Origin: Octopus sinensis
Lineage: Eukaryota
Direction of reading: 5' to 3'
Assembly (NCBI RefSeq): GCF_006345805.1
Contig: NC_043021.1
Location: 2,294,001-2,358,000 of the forward strand
Length of the DNA stretch: 64,000 nucleotides
Both the position numbers and the translations under genes were made by a program. Positions 11,791-42,800 of this stretch are shown here, one piece after another (within the stretch, counting starts at the first letter, position 1; each line of letters starts with the position of its first letter). The notes under the pieces are model-generated. The model was not told where the DNA came from. It did not search any database and saw nothing but the letters and a program-made list of their open reading frames with translations.

Positions 11791-14060
11791 CAAGCGAGAT
11801 CATTCATTTTCAGCCTTCCATGAAAAACATGTCTGGTCATGGGGAAATATTACCTTACAAGTGAAGGTTGGTGACAGGAAGGGCATCACCGGGCTGTAGG
11901 AACTTTTATGCAAGCATGGAAAAGTGGATAGGAAGGAGCATAATGGGGAATAGAATGTGGTTTGGGACAACCCTAAAAGAACGGGGGTGGGTGGGCATTA
12001 GGGTCAACTGGAATATCTTTGAGTGTAGATCTGCTCAATAAAGGTTGACCAGTAACTAAAGAACAACAACATCTCCATCACTGCCATGACCACCACCACA
12101 TTTACAACCTTCCCCACCCCACCCTGATAGACCCTCCCTTTTTTTCTTTCACTCTTTTTAACATAGTGGGGCTATACCCTTACTGTGAGTAACCCTTTCT
12201 CCAGTCATTCACCTTCTGGTTCCTGTGTGGTGGGGTTAGAGGGGGTGTCGAGTATTGAGTACACTTGACAGTACACCCTAACCTCCCCCCTCCCCCCTTG
12301 TAATCTTTGTAACTGAACTGTTATGTTTCTTCTCCCTCCTCTTCCTTGTCAGTTTGAAATTCCTCAACATTACAGCATCACCACCTCCACCACCACCACC
12401 ATCACAACCCCCATTATCACAATTGCCACCACAATCACCATCTCTACCTCTACCATTATCATCATTGCCATCATCAGCACCACCTCTACCATTATCACCA
12501 CCACCACCACCACCATTACCAACATCCTCACCATTATCACCCCACCCCCTCCCAGTATCATCATCGTCATCATGTCGATGCCTTGTTAAAACTATGTGAA
12601 ACTATTTAGTGTGGGTGGGTGGGGGGTGGAGGTGTAAAGGTCTTTTAATCATTGGAGTGATGGGTGTAGGGAGTAGGAGGAGGAGAAAGAAAGTAGCTGT
12701 ACTTCTCTACTTACCCCCAACCTTCCCCTTCGTTACCCCCCCCTTCTTTTCTTCTAGATTCTTCCAATTCCTGCTCTGATATTGTTGTTTTTTTTTTCTT
12801 TTTCTTAGTGATGTCTTCAATTAAATTTAATATAAAAGAATAGATGCTGGTTATGGTGGTGGTGGTGGTGGTGGTGGTGGAAGAGACCGTTCACCTACCC
12901 ACCCACCCCTCTACTTCAGATGTCTCCTCCCAACTGGCCAACCATTCCTTGTAACACCCCCTCATCTCCCCACTCCACTCCACTCTCTCTCTCCTCTCCT
13001 CGGCTCCTTTCTTAGGGTTTCACTTGTAAAATACCAAATAAATGGCTCTTTCTAGTGGTTAGGGCATCAGGTTTACAATCATGAGGTTGTGAGTTCGATT
13101 CCTGGACCGGGCTGTGTGTTGTGCTCTTGAGCAAGGCACTTTATTTATTTCGCATTGCTCCAGTTCACTCCGCTGTAGAAATGAGTTGCAATGTCGTCAC
13201 TGGTGCCAAGCTGTATCGGACCCTTTGTCTTTGACAACATTGGCAGCATGGGGAACTGCTAGTCTTCCATAAACAATCTTTTCTGGAGGGGTAATTTCTG
13301 GGTGCTATCCATTCGTGACTCAAGGGGGTGTTTACCCTTTGTATATGCATTATTATGTGTGGGATTTCCCCTGGTCCATGGAAACATTGTCATCCATGAA
13401 ATGAATCTATGGGCCAAAAACATTTGGGGACTTCTGTTATAAGTGAGGACAGTTCTGGTCTTTTTAGCCAACAGGTATTAGAATTATCTTCTTGGTTGTA
13501 GGTTTCCTGGGGGGTTTTTTTCTGTAATTTGAGCATCCTAGGTGATTTTGTCTAATGATTGCTTGTATAATCTCAAATGATCAAAGATTTTCTAACCCCA
13601 CCCCCTTATGCAAGGACCCACTGCATTTAATATGAGGAATACTTCCCTGATGTGCTACCCTTCGGCCGTGCTATTCTTTGATACCCTTTAATCCAGCCAT
13701 ACATGGTTGAAATCTTGTACCTGTTTTATGCTAAAACTGGCCAGATCTAGCCTCTCATACCTAACCTACAATATCATTCCAAAAATAAGCAATGATGAAT
13801 TCAAAATGGTGACTAAATAAGCCTTACATTTTGCAGAATAATCTGAATGCGAAAGTGTTGAACCTCTCTGCCAATCTGTTTTGGATGATTCTGTTGAAGT
13901 TGATTTGCCATCCAGAATATCCAAGTTTATTTTCTAAAGCCATTGTTCAGTTCCTAAAGTGAAATTCAATGTTTGACGGATTTCTTCTTGATAAAATCCA
14001 TTCTTGTTTTGCACGGCAGCAGCTTAGATGTTATCTTTTAGCTAATTGTCCACCTTGGCT

Positions 14061-14340
14061 TCATCATCACCATTATCATCATCATCGTTTAACGTTCGTT
14101 TTCCATGCTAGCATGGGTTGGATGGTTCGACCGGGGTCTGGTAAGCCATGGAGGCTGCACCAGGCTCCAGTCTGATTTGGCAGTGTTTCTACAGCTGGAT
14201 GCCCTTCCTAACGCCAACCACTCTGTGAGTGTAGTGAGTGCTCCTTACGTGCCACCGGCACAGGTGGCAGGCGAGGCTGGCAAACAGCCACAATCGGTTG
14301 GTGCTTTTTACATGTCAGTTCAGTGTATGAGCTGCCAGTC
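14061..14340 (-). mobile_element. (GAT)n-tailed retroposon 3' end (family 4)
   Basis: catcatcgtttaacg..ccatgctagcatgggttgga..ggatgcccttcctaacgccaacc; recurs at about 25285-25510, 29690-29945 (+), 34196-34575 and 57706-57960. Confidence 0.8.
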
Positions 14341-14580
14341 ACAGCATCACTTTCACCTGAGGATTTTATTATTGGTGAAGAACTGTGTGGCTGATGGTAC
14401 AGCTGCTGACTCGATCAGTTTAGAAAATGGAAAATGGAAGGAGCTAAAGTATCGATTGTTATAGAACAACAGATATATTGATAAATGGATCGGAAGATTC
14501 ACCTTGTAGAGAGAGATCAATGGATCTCCTTGCTAAGGTAGTTATGTAGCCACCATAGCAGTTCCTTACATATGTCTTTC

Positions 14581-14995
14581 CTTTATTTTACTCGTTTACT
14601 TGTTTCAGTCATGTGACTGTGGCCATGCTGGAGCACCCCCTTTAGTCAAGCAAATCGACCCCAGGATTTATACTTTGGAACCTAGTACTTATTCTATCAG
14701 CCCTTTTTGCTGAACCGCTAAGTTACGGGACGTAAACACACCAGCATCAGTTGTCAAGCGATGTTGGGGGACAAAAACAGACGCACAAACACACACACAC
14801 ACACACATATACATAAATATATGCATATATACGACGGGCTTCTTTCAGTTTCCATCTACCGAATCCACTCACAAGGCTTTGGTCAGCCCGAGGCTATAGT
14901 AGAAGACACTTGCCCAAGGCGCCATGCAGTGGGACTGAACCCGGAACCATGTGGTTTGTAAGCAACCTACTTACCACACAGCCACTCCTACACCT
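14581..14995 (-). mobile_element. SINE family 1, full length
   Basis: Reverse complement of the 6018-6420 sequence. Confidence 0.9.
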
Positions 14996-15016
14996 AAAGA
15001 AAAGGTAATGGTGGAC

Positions 15017-15088
15017 TGTCGTGACCAGGATTCGAACCTGTGTTACCACGGCCACAACATGGAGTCCTAACCACTAGATGATCACATC
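15017..15088 (-). tRNA. tRNA-His(GTG)-derived locus, probably a pseudogene
   Basis: Minus strand GATGTGATCATCTAGTGGTTAGGACTCCATGTTGTGGCCGTGGTAACACAGGTTCGAATCCTGGTCACGACA. 72 nt, GTG anticodon, A and B boxes; one mismatch each in the acceptor, D and T stems; TTTT about 14 nt downstream. Confidence 0.85.
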
Positions 15089-15571
15089 CACTTGTCCGCC
15101 TGGATATCTCCCTGGATTTTCAGCTTTTTTGTTGCCTATTCCATTCCCCTAGACTCCAGCAAATTTCTCCCCTTCTACATTCAGGGCCACGACAAATACT
15201 TATTGACATATGTCCAGTTAATTATTTCACGTCTTGTCTGGAGAAAGTTCAGTAAGAAGGTTTACTATTCTATGATTTGGTCAGAGGCCAAATTTTTATC
15301 TGAAAATGGGTTGATTTTTCAACAGGTAGCTTTGCAGATTATGGACTACTGGTTCCAGTAATGATATAGTTTGGTATTTTAATAGATCACTTCTGGATTC
15401 CCTCTTTGTGCTATCACAGAGGTCGTTTTTTACTGGTTTTGGAAATAAGCCATGAATTATACAAAAGTGAAATCGGTACCAGGCCAGTTCCACCAGTATT
15501 TTTGGCCGGTATTGGATCAGCACCAGTGGTTTTGTGGGTTTCAGTTACTCTGTTACCTCCCTAATGTGTTG

Positions 15572-15954
15572 CTTTACTCTTTTACTTGTTTCAGTCATTT
15601 GACTGCGGCCATTCTGGAGCACCACCTTTAGTCGAGCAAATCAACCCCAGGACTTATTCTTTGTAAGCCTAGTACTTATTCTATCGGTCTCTTTTGCCGA
15701 ACTGCTAAGTTACGGGGGACGTAAACACACCAGTATCGGTTGTCAAGCGATGTTGGGGGGGGAACAAACACAGACACACGTACATATATATGATGGGCTC
15801 CTTTCAGTTTCCGTCTACCAAATCCACTCACAAGGCTTTGGTCAGCCCGAGGCTATAGTAGAAGACACTTGCCCAAGGTGCCACGCAATGGGAATGAACC
15901 CAGAACCATGTGGTTGGTAAGCAAGCTACTTACCACACAGCCATTCCTGCACCT
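15572..15954 (-). mobile_element. SINE family 1, full length
   Basis: Reverse complement of the 6018-6420 sequence. Confidence 0.9.
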
Positions 15955-16189
15955 AAAATTCTTGGTAATTTTTTGTAAGATGTGTCACTCAGAAAATCTT
16001 GCGGGTTGCATTTTGCCCTTGACTAAGATAGAAGGGGTCCTTTCGTGATATACATTCAATTGCTTTTATATTTGTTGATAGGCGGAGTGATTGGTCTGTT
16101 CTTCCCGAGAAACTTTTAACACATTACTCTCATATTTTACCATTTCTATCTTTTGTTAATGTTGTTGTTGGTCATGCATTGTTGCAGAC

Positions 16190-16379
16190 CAGTGGTGCCC
16201 CACAACTGGTATTCTGTGGCACTCTGGTGTGCCACAAGACAATGCTAGGTGTGCCGCAGTGTAACCTGAATATAATTTTTTTCCCCTACACTTTTCGTTA
16301 TATTTTTAATTCAGGTGTGCTGCCAAATTTTTAAAAGAATATAAGTGTACCACAAGTGGGAAAAGGGTGTGGGGCACTG
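16190..16379. mobile_element. hAT-type MITE
   Basis: CAGTGGTGCCCCACA.. / ..TGTGGGGCACTG imperfect TIRs; internal gtgtgccgc..aaaagg motifs typical of Charlie-like MITEs. Confidence 0.6.
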
Positions 16380-17358
16380 GACTAGAGCAGCATCACTGGA
16401 GGGTTTATATTTCTCCCTTCAGTTTCTTTACCCAACACCTGTTCCACCTTACTTGCTTACACTTTTATCCATTCACTGAAGCATTTGTTTTCTTCAGTTA
16501 ACAAAATCCTTAGTATTTTCTTACCTTTTCTGTTTTGTTTTTGTAAACAAAGGTGTTTCTTAGGTTGTGGACATCCAGTGTTGTAGTGGTAATGTGATCG
16601 GGGTGGGGCGTATAATTTTTGTAATCTGAATGCTGTGCTCCCTGAGGTCCCTTCTTTCAAAACTTAGGAGTTCTTTTTTTATGTCACATTTTGTGAACCG
16701 TGCCTTCATTGATTACAAATTTCCAATCAGCCAATTTTATCATTCAACACAATCTCATGACAAGGGAGTGTATGTAACTCACTACAGAGTAAATATCACA
16801 AGAAACTTCATTTAAAAAGCGCCAGTGTTTTGGCTTCCTTGGCAATATTTATATCTTCTGCCAATCAAGGAAACACACCCACACACACACGTGTATGTGT
16901 AGTCCTTAATCAGTTTATGAAAAGCAGTATTGTATGTATATATGTATGTATGCACTTTTTGTGTTAGGTCACTGTATACAGCATATACAGTACATGCATT
17001 CATAATCCACTTTATACTTTATAATTATACTCTTGTAGCAGAACCTGTGGACATTTCACAGTGTAAATCAGTGTATTTTAAAACAATCTGTTATTATGTT
17101 GAGCACAAGCAAGAAATTTCCCCCAAAAGACTCTTTTGAAATCCTGCCACTTAATTAAAACTCTACTTCGAAATGTAATCGAAATGAACTGAGAAGGTGT
17201 TGCTTGTTTTCCTTCTTTTAAAATGTGACGGATAGAATGACATTTATAGTTGAAAACACATAAAAGATGAATTCAAATAAAACTTATTTGTGTGTATGTA
17301 TGTGTATGTATATATGTGTATATATATATGTATATGTATGTATATGTATGTATGTATA

Positions 17359-17397
<39 letters not shown>

Positions 17398-18745
17398 TGT
17401 ATATATATATAATATAGGAGCAGCTGTGTATAGGCGCAGGAGTGGTTGTGTGGTAAGTAGCTTGCTTACCAACCACATGGTTCCGGGTTCATTCCCACTG
17501 TGTGACACCTTAGGCAAGTGCCTTCTACTATAGCCTTGGGCCAACCAAAGCCTTGCGAGTGGATTTGGTAGACAGAAACTGAAAGAAGCCTGTCGTATAT
17601 ATGTATACATGTGTGTGTTTATATGTATATATATATATATATATATATCAAAAGGCAGTGCATGACCACAGTCACATGACTGAAACAATTAAAAGTGAAA
17701 AAGAGTATATATGTACGTATATAGTTGAAATCTGCAGTAAAACAAAAGACAAAGACAGGTGTATAAACAACAAGCAGGTGTCTTGGTTTGATGCTTGGGA
17801 AGGTGAGAAAGTCTTTTACGTTTCAAGCCTACGTCACCATAGTGACTGGTTGGAAAAGGTAGTTGGACAGGAGAACTTGGAAGAAGGGGAGATAATAAAG
17901 TACTGGTGATCCTAAAACAAAGGTGCACATGCGTTTGTGTCTGTGAGTGTGTGTGTGGATAGGGGATAGTGACTTTGATGTGTGTGTGTGTGCATCTGTA
18001 ATATGTGGATGGGTGTGAGTGTGTGTATATATATATATATATATATATCAAAAAAAACAACTTTTTATTGACCAACTTCCAAAAGGCTCCGTCAAAGTCA
18101 TTTACCAATTGAGATTATTTTCATTTCTTTTCAGTTCAATTCAGCTACATATCTACTTGTATATCTATTAACGTACCTCTCTATCTGCATATCTGTTGAT
18201 ATGTTTGTTGACTCACCTACATACCTATCTAGCTAATTAGCTATCATACTTGCATTCATTTCTGTATCTGTCTACTCTCAGAATATCGATAAGCATTTAA
18301 ACCAAATAACAAAAGGAAGAAGAAGAAAAAAATAAACAAATGAAGCCTTAGGTGTGGAAAGGATAAAGGTGTAACAGCCACAGCTATTTGCTGACTAAAT
18401 TTATTTCAATTGAACTTAACTGTCCCTTGATATATCTTTTACTGAATAAATGTATAAACCTTCACATTTCGACCATGCCTACAATTTGAACACACAGACT
18501 TAGAATATTAGGGACTCCCCCCCTCTCTCTCTCTCTCCCCTTCTGCCCCCTTCATATGTAGTTCTTCATTTGAGTTATTATCTCCCTTGCCATAAGTGTA
18601 ACACACGGACAAAACAGACAGCGAGGCAAGAACACTTAGAATGATATAGATTCTCATTGCTCTGATCTACGAGGGTTTATATAGACCAGGGGTCCCTAAC
18701 CATTTTTTACCTATGGACCCCTTTCATTCTTACTTTACTCTACTG

Positions 18746-18946
18746 CAGTGGTTTTCAACCAGGGTTCCGCCAGTACAGTCCAGGGGTTCCGCAAGAAGTT
18801 ACAAAACTGCTAAAATCGGCAGTAATTTCGAATTTTACTGTGCAGATATGTGTGCATAAGACTATTAAATTATTGCACAGGGGTTCCTCGAGCCAGTGGA
18901 ATGTTTCCTTGGGGTTCCGCTCTACCAAAAAGGTTGAAAAGCACTG
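18746..18946. mobile_element. hAT MITE with perfect 8-bp TSD, nested in an older hAT MITE starting at 18687
   Basis: TIRs CAGTGGTTTTCAACC / GGTTGAAAAGCACTG (14/15); TSD CTCTACTG at 18738-18745 and 18947-18954. Confidence 0.92.
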
Positions 18947-18993
18947 CTCTACTGGACCTCCATAGCCATTTGGTGCTTTAAAAAAATATCCCA

Positions 18994-19380
18994 TTACTCT
19001 TACTCTTTTACTTGTTTCAGTCATTTAACTGCGGCCATGCTGGAGCACCGCCTTTAATCAAGCTACTCGACTCGGGACTTATTCTTTGTAAGCCCAGTAC
19101 TTATTCTATCGGTCTCTTTTGCCGAACCGCTAAGTAACGGGGACATAAATACACCAGCATCGGTTGTCAAGCAATGCTAGGGGGACAAACACACACATAT
19201 ATATATATACATATATACGACAAGCTTCTTTCAGTTTCCTTCTACCAAATCCACTCACAAGGCTTTGGTCGGCCCGAGGCTATAGTAGAAGACACTTGCC
19301 CAAGTTGCCACGCAATGGGACTGAACCCGGAACCATGTGGTTGGTAGGCAAGCTACTTACCACACAGTCACTCCTGCACC
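18994..19380 (-). mobile_element. SINE family 1, full length
   Basis: Reverse complement of family 1; truncates the outer hAT MITE. Confidence 0.9.
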
Positions 19381-19550
19381 ATTATATTTTTTATAAGTAT
19401 AATATTCGAAATTGTATAAAAAGAAAAATAAAGTGTTTTGTGTTTTGTTGAAGCCTAACCAATTTCTTGCAGATAAATTTTAGCAAGGAAATCCTATTTG
19501 GCCCCTGCTCGAGAACCTCTGACACTCACGACAGTTCATCAGCCCATTAA

Positions 19551-19763
19551 CCTTTAAACCGGGCGAAATCCAACCCAAATATTCTACTTTGTCTTAGGTT
19601 CCAACTGGCCAGATCCAACCTCTCACACCTACCCTACAATGTCATTCTAAAGATAAGCAATCACATCATTGAAGCCTCAAAGCTATGAGATAATCCAGGA
19701 TTAATTCAAACCAACGCAGATAATACGTATTACAGTCGACAGAGCAATTTGAATGCTAAAGAG
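19551..19763. mobile_element. piggyBac-like MITE family A (degenerate)
   Basis: TTAA flanks at 19547-19550 and 19764-19767; same internal sequence as 48946-49165. Other copies near 13740, 20770, 27010, 27350, 28690 and 30060. Confidence 0.75.
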
Positions 19764-20106
19764 TTAAATCTCTCACATATATGTACGTATGTATGTATGT
19801 ATGTATGTATGTATGTATGTATATAGGTGTGTGTGTGTGTGTGTGTGTATATAATAAAGCAAAGCTGTGTATGAGCATCATTCATTATCAAGTGCTTTCT
19901 TTCTTTCTTTCTTTCTTTCCCTTCTTGTTTACAACAACTGAAGTCTTTGCTTTTAAGTGTTTACATATCTGACAGTTTCAAGTGTGTTAGCCTCATGACA
20001 TAATTCTCCCATTCCGTCACACTCTCTCTCTCTCTAGCCTTTCTCTGTCTCTCCCTCTCTCTAGCTCTGTGGTGATGTTATATCTCTGTGCTTTTGTCTT
20101 TTTCAG

Positions 20107-37591
<17,485 letters not shown>

Positions 37592-38838
37592 TAATTAGTG
37601 GAGGTGAAACAGGAGCATTGTACAAATCCCATAACGATAAACAAGGAGTAAAAAAAAAAAAAAAGTTATAAATAATAATAATAATGACAATGATAAAATG
37701 AGAAGTTTATAAAAACAAAAAAAAAAAAACACCACAGAAACCGTTATTTGGCGGCAGTGAAATGTGCCAAAGTTAGCACAACCACTCACAGGTATGCGAA
37801 ATATCTGAGTAGAGAGTGGATGGTCCAATTAAACAAAAAAAAAAAACAAAAACAAAAAACAAATATAAATACAAAACAAAACAAGGAAATAAGCAACAAA
37901 AAAGGAAGAAAAAAGAAATAATTTTTATTTTTAATTTTTAAAAAATTTTTAAAGCTAAAAAAAAAAAAATTTTTTTTCTCTTTTTTTTCCATTTTTGTTT
38001 TTTTGTAAAAAATATAATAATAATTCCTTATCCGACATATGTGTTTGTAGGTCGGACACAGCAGCATGTTATCTGAGTGTGTGTGTGTGTACGTATGTGT
38101 GTGTATGCGCGCACGTGTGTGTGTATATTAGAGAATGAGAGTGCAGCCGTTGGTGCATTGGTGCATGTTGAATATGCGATATTTGTATGACCAGTTATAT
38201 AGACATATACTAATATGTATGCATTCATATGTATTTGTATATATACACATATAAGCATGTATATGTGCATGTGTATCTAATATATATATATATATATATA
38301 ATTTATGCACACACTCGTATATACTTATGTGTATATAAATATTCCGGTGTGTGTGTGTGTGCGTGCGCGCATTTGCTTGCATTTATGCATATATAGACGA
38401 GACGTGTGTATATATAAACATGCATGTCTATACACACACACACACACATGTACATGCATTTGTATGAAATTACATATATATTCCTGTATATATAAAATGC
38501 ACACACACACACACATGCATACATACATACGCGTGCATTGTGTGTGTGTGTGTGTGTACATGTGAGTGTATGCGTGTGTGTGTAAGGTGTACGAGATTGA
38601 GAGACGAAGAGAGCTGGAGACGAGAAAGTAATCAACCTACCCCCCGCCCCATCCCATCACAGTGGACTGAACCACACCACCTGCCCCCACCCCACAACCT
38701 CTCTGTTCCCCCCACCTTCGCCCCGAAGACATCCTCCACAAAAAACACAATCATTATTAATATCTTCCTATTCTGCCTTCTACCTGTTATGTATGTATGT
38801 ACGTCCGCATATGTATATGAATACAGATGTGTGTGTGC

Positions 38839-38874
<36 letters not shown>

Positions 38875-38943
38875 TCGTATAAAGATGTGTTTATGTGTAT
38901 GCACACACATATATATATAGATGTATTTATATAAAATATATAT

Positions 38944-39330
38944 AGGCACAGGAGTGGCTGTGTGGTAAGTAGCTTGCTTACCAACCACATGGTTCCGGGT
39001 TCATTCCCACTGCGTGGCACCTTGGGCAAGTGTCTTCTGTTATAGCCTCGGGCCGACCAAAGCCTTGTGAGTGGATTTGGTAGACAGGAACTGAAAAATG
39101 CCCGTCGTATATATGTATATACATATATATGTGTGTGTGTGTGTGTATTTGTCCCCCCCAACATCGCTTGACAACCGAAGCTGGTGTGTTTACGTCCCCG
39201 TAACTTAGCGGTTCGGCAAAAGAGACCGATAGAATAAGTACTAGGCTTACAAAGAATAAGTCCTGGGGTCGATTTGTTCGACTAAAGGCGTTGCTCCAGC
39301 ATGGCCGCAGTCAAAATGACTGAAACAAGT
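38944..39330 (+). mobile_element. SINE family 1, downstream of the PTEN stop (putative 3' UTR)
   Basis: Near-consensus copy. Confidence 0.9.
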
Positions 39331-39574
39331 ATATATGTAAAATATACTTGAAATATGTACAGGCATAAGATATTCCTATAAGAATGTATGTCTGTGTATG
39401 CTTGTGTATATGTATATACACATACATACACACACACACACACATATACACATACACACACACACAGGTACAACATCGATTTTCCGTATCCAAAGCCTTT
39501 CCATTTTACCGATTCTTCTGAAGCAGCCACCTTCATCAACACAATCTAAATCAAACGAATATTAAATTTACTTA

Positions 39575-39580
39575 AATAAA
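39575..39580 (+). terminator. Candidate PTEN polyadenylation signal AATAAA
   Basis: First AATAAA I find after the stop codon; ATTAAA at 39561-39566 just upstream. Usage not demonstrated. Confidence 0.3.
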
Positions 39581-39785
39581 TTAATTGAAATACAGGTACC
39601 TTGTACATTTATATTAATGCTCACAAGTTCATTAATACCCTACTGCACAAGACACCAGTAAACGAGTCTGGCGGCTGTGGAATATTTGAAGTTCTGGCCT
39701 CATAAACTAGTGCAGATTCCAAAAGATTCTAAACCAACAGTGTCCAGAAAGTCAGTGTTGTACCGATACACACATATATATATAT

Positions 39786-39821
<36 letters not shown>

Positions 39822-42800
39822 AGTATGTATATCTTTGTGTATTGAGATATGCTATCAAATAATCAATTAGGGGCAAATTGTGTGTCTGTGAAAGAAAAAA
39901 GAGAAATCTAAAAATTTTAAATTTCTTCTGTAAAATCATTTCTTCATTTGCATTATTATTACCTTTTTTTTTGTTTTCCTTATATGAATCGTTTTTATTT
40001 TGGCTTTGTTTTATTACTATTATTATTATGATTATCATATTATTATTTACAGTTTTGTTATGTGTGGCAGAAAAGGTAGAATGCTGGTTAAAGCAAAAGA
40101 CAAGAAAGAAAAAAAATAACACAAAGTAGTGAATTGCCTTTCCAAAGCAATTCACTTATTGAAATCCCTTCGCATTCCCTAATCCAGTTCCTGCCATGGG
40201 GTGGGCATAGGGGTTGACTTTGCCTTTATAAATATTCTCTCGCCCTCTCTCTTCCATGAGATGGCGTGGGGGAGCTGGGATTTTAGGGTGAGCAGTGGTA
40301 GTGTCACTAAATCAAGTACCAGTAATTTAGTTGGGTGGAAAATTTTATTCAATCAACTACCTGCATCCCCGATTCTTGCTTTCCTTCCTTGCCCACCCAC
40401 TTTCCCTCCTCTCCCTTACCTGTTTGTGGCCCTGTGCCGAAGTCAGAATGTTATTATTAAAGGCAGCAAGCTGCCAGAATCATTACCGATTTAGACAAAA
40501 TGCTTCTCAGCAATTCTTCCAGGTTTTATGTTCTTAATTCAAATTTCCACCGAGGTCAACTTTGCCTTTCATCCTTTCAGGGTCGATAAAGTAAAGTAGG
40601 AGTCAGATACCGGGGTCAGTTGACTATCCAAAAATTTCAGGCCTTGTGCCTATAGTAGAAAGGATTTGGGATTCTGCACTCTCACCACAGCGGCCAAGAT
40701 TTGATTCCCTGCTTGGGAAATAACTGTTTTATTAAGGCTGTGAGCTGGCAGAATCGTTAGCACATCAGGCTTAGTGGCATTTCATCTGTCTCTATGTTCT
40801 GAGTTCAAATTCTGCCTAGGTCAGCTTCACCTTTCAGGATTGATGAAATAAATACCACTTGAGTACTGGGGGTCAATGTAATCAACTAGTCCCCTCCCCT
40901 CAAAGCTTCAAACCATGTGCCTATAGTGAAAAGAAATAAGGCAAGAGGTTAGCAGAATCATTAAAGCATTGGGAAAGTACAGCATTTACTGCAGTTCTTT
41001 ACATTCTGAGTTCAAATCCTGCTGAGGTGCTGCATAACTTTTCGTCCCTCTGAATGTCAATAAAATCAAGCACCAGGGGCAGGTTGACATGACTGATTGT
41101 TTATGCCCCCACCTAATTTCTGGCCTTGCACAGGATCCTAAAATGACCAGTAGTCCCTTTTGTACTTGACAAGGGGAAAGGATGGGTTGATAAACTTGGC
41201 TCTTTGAACCCACAAGTTTGTTTTAGCTGGTGCGGTTTGGTTTCGTTTGACTATGGTCTTGAAAAAAAATAACGATGTTTCTGCCAATTAAGTGAGCTGT
41301 GAACACAAATCCAATGTGGCTACCTGCTTTTGCGTCTTCCAGGGTTATCATAGCCAAATGAAATCACACCCACTAAATTGTACTTGTGAGTTACAAAGGT
41401 TAAGTAAAGTACCATCTAAGAGTCGAGGGTACCTCATGTACTCGACTGTTCCCCCCTCTCAGCATTTCCCTCTTTACTAAATAAGTGGCTTTGTGCCTAC
41501 TTTAGAGACTACTACTACTACTACTATTATTATTATTAAGGTGGCATGCTGGCAGAATCATTAGCACGCTGGATGGAATGCTTAGCAGTATTTCACCTGT
41601 CGCTAAATTCTGAGTTCAAATCCCACTGAGGTCGACTTTGCCTTTCATCCTTTTAGGGGGTCGATCTAATTAACTGGATCCCCCCCTCCCTCGAAATCCC
41701 TAGCCTTGTGTCTATAGTAGAAAGGATCATTATTTGGGTGGCGGGGCCGGCAAAGACAAAATGGTGCTGAACATTTTGTCTGTCTTTATGTCCCGAGTTC
41801 AAATTCCGCCGAGGTCAACTTTGCCTTTCATTCTTTCAGAGTCGATAAAATAAGTACCAGTTGAGTACTGGGGGTTGATGAAATGACTAGCCCACTCCAC
41901 CAAGATTTCATGCCTTGTGCCTATAGGTGAAAGGATTATTATTATTATTATTATTAGTCTGACTGTGTTGTAGTGTGACGGTCAGTTTCATTTTTTTTTT
42001 TGTTTGTTTTCCCCTGGGGGAGGGAGTCACCCTGATTTCAAACCCCAACCCCCTTGTTTATATTGCTTCACACTGCCTATAAATCTCACAACTTGCCATT
42101 GTTCTTTTTTCTTTTCTTTTTTTTGCTCCTTCATCCCAGTAACTTAAAAGGTCGGCTCTGTGACTGCACGACGAAGCGTTAACATTGTTATCATCATTAA
42201 AATCATCCTCTTCATTTATGATTTAATGTGGTGTAAGCTGGCAGAATCGTTAGCACACCAGGTAAGATGCTTGGCAGCATTTCGCCTGTCTTTACGTTCT
42301 GAGATCAACTTTGCCTTTTATTCTTCCAAGGTCAATGAAACAAGTACCAGGGTTGATGTAATTGGTCAACCCCCACCCCTTAAAAAAAAAAAAGAATTCC
42401 AGGCCTTGCACTTGTAGTAGAAAAGATTATTATTATGATTAAAGTGGCAAGCTGGCAGAATCGTTAACAATGCTGGGCAGCATTTCATCCACCTTGACGT
42501 TCTGAGTTCAAATTCTACTGGGGGGGGGGGTCGATAAAATAAGCTGCAGTTTTGCACTGGCCCCCGTCCCTCAAAATTTCAGGCTTTGTGCCTTTAGTAG
42601 AAGGATTATCATCATCCAAGTGGGGGGTGCGAGATTGTGGCAGAGTCAGAGGTAGAAAAAGTGCTTTTTTGCTGTGCTCTTTTTAGTTATGTCTCATAGT
42701 TTTGGTGTGTGTTCAAATTTCGCTGAGGTCAGCTTTTGTCTTTCATCCTTCCTCGGGCCAAGTGGTAGTAGTGGTGGTCAACGAAACTAAACCAAGCAGC

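Noticed and set aside
1-20106. PTEN exons 1-2 (RNKRRY..DLDL and IIAMGFP..GVYRN)
   Set aside because: Searched by eye for these motifs with splice sites and found none; they are presumed upstream of the window.
41343-41385. 43-nt exon-like cassette (TCTTCCAG..ACTT|GTGAGT)
   Set aside because: Downstream of the PTEN stop with no partner exons or homology; shows such cassettes arise by chance.
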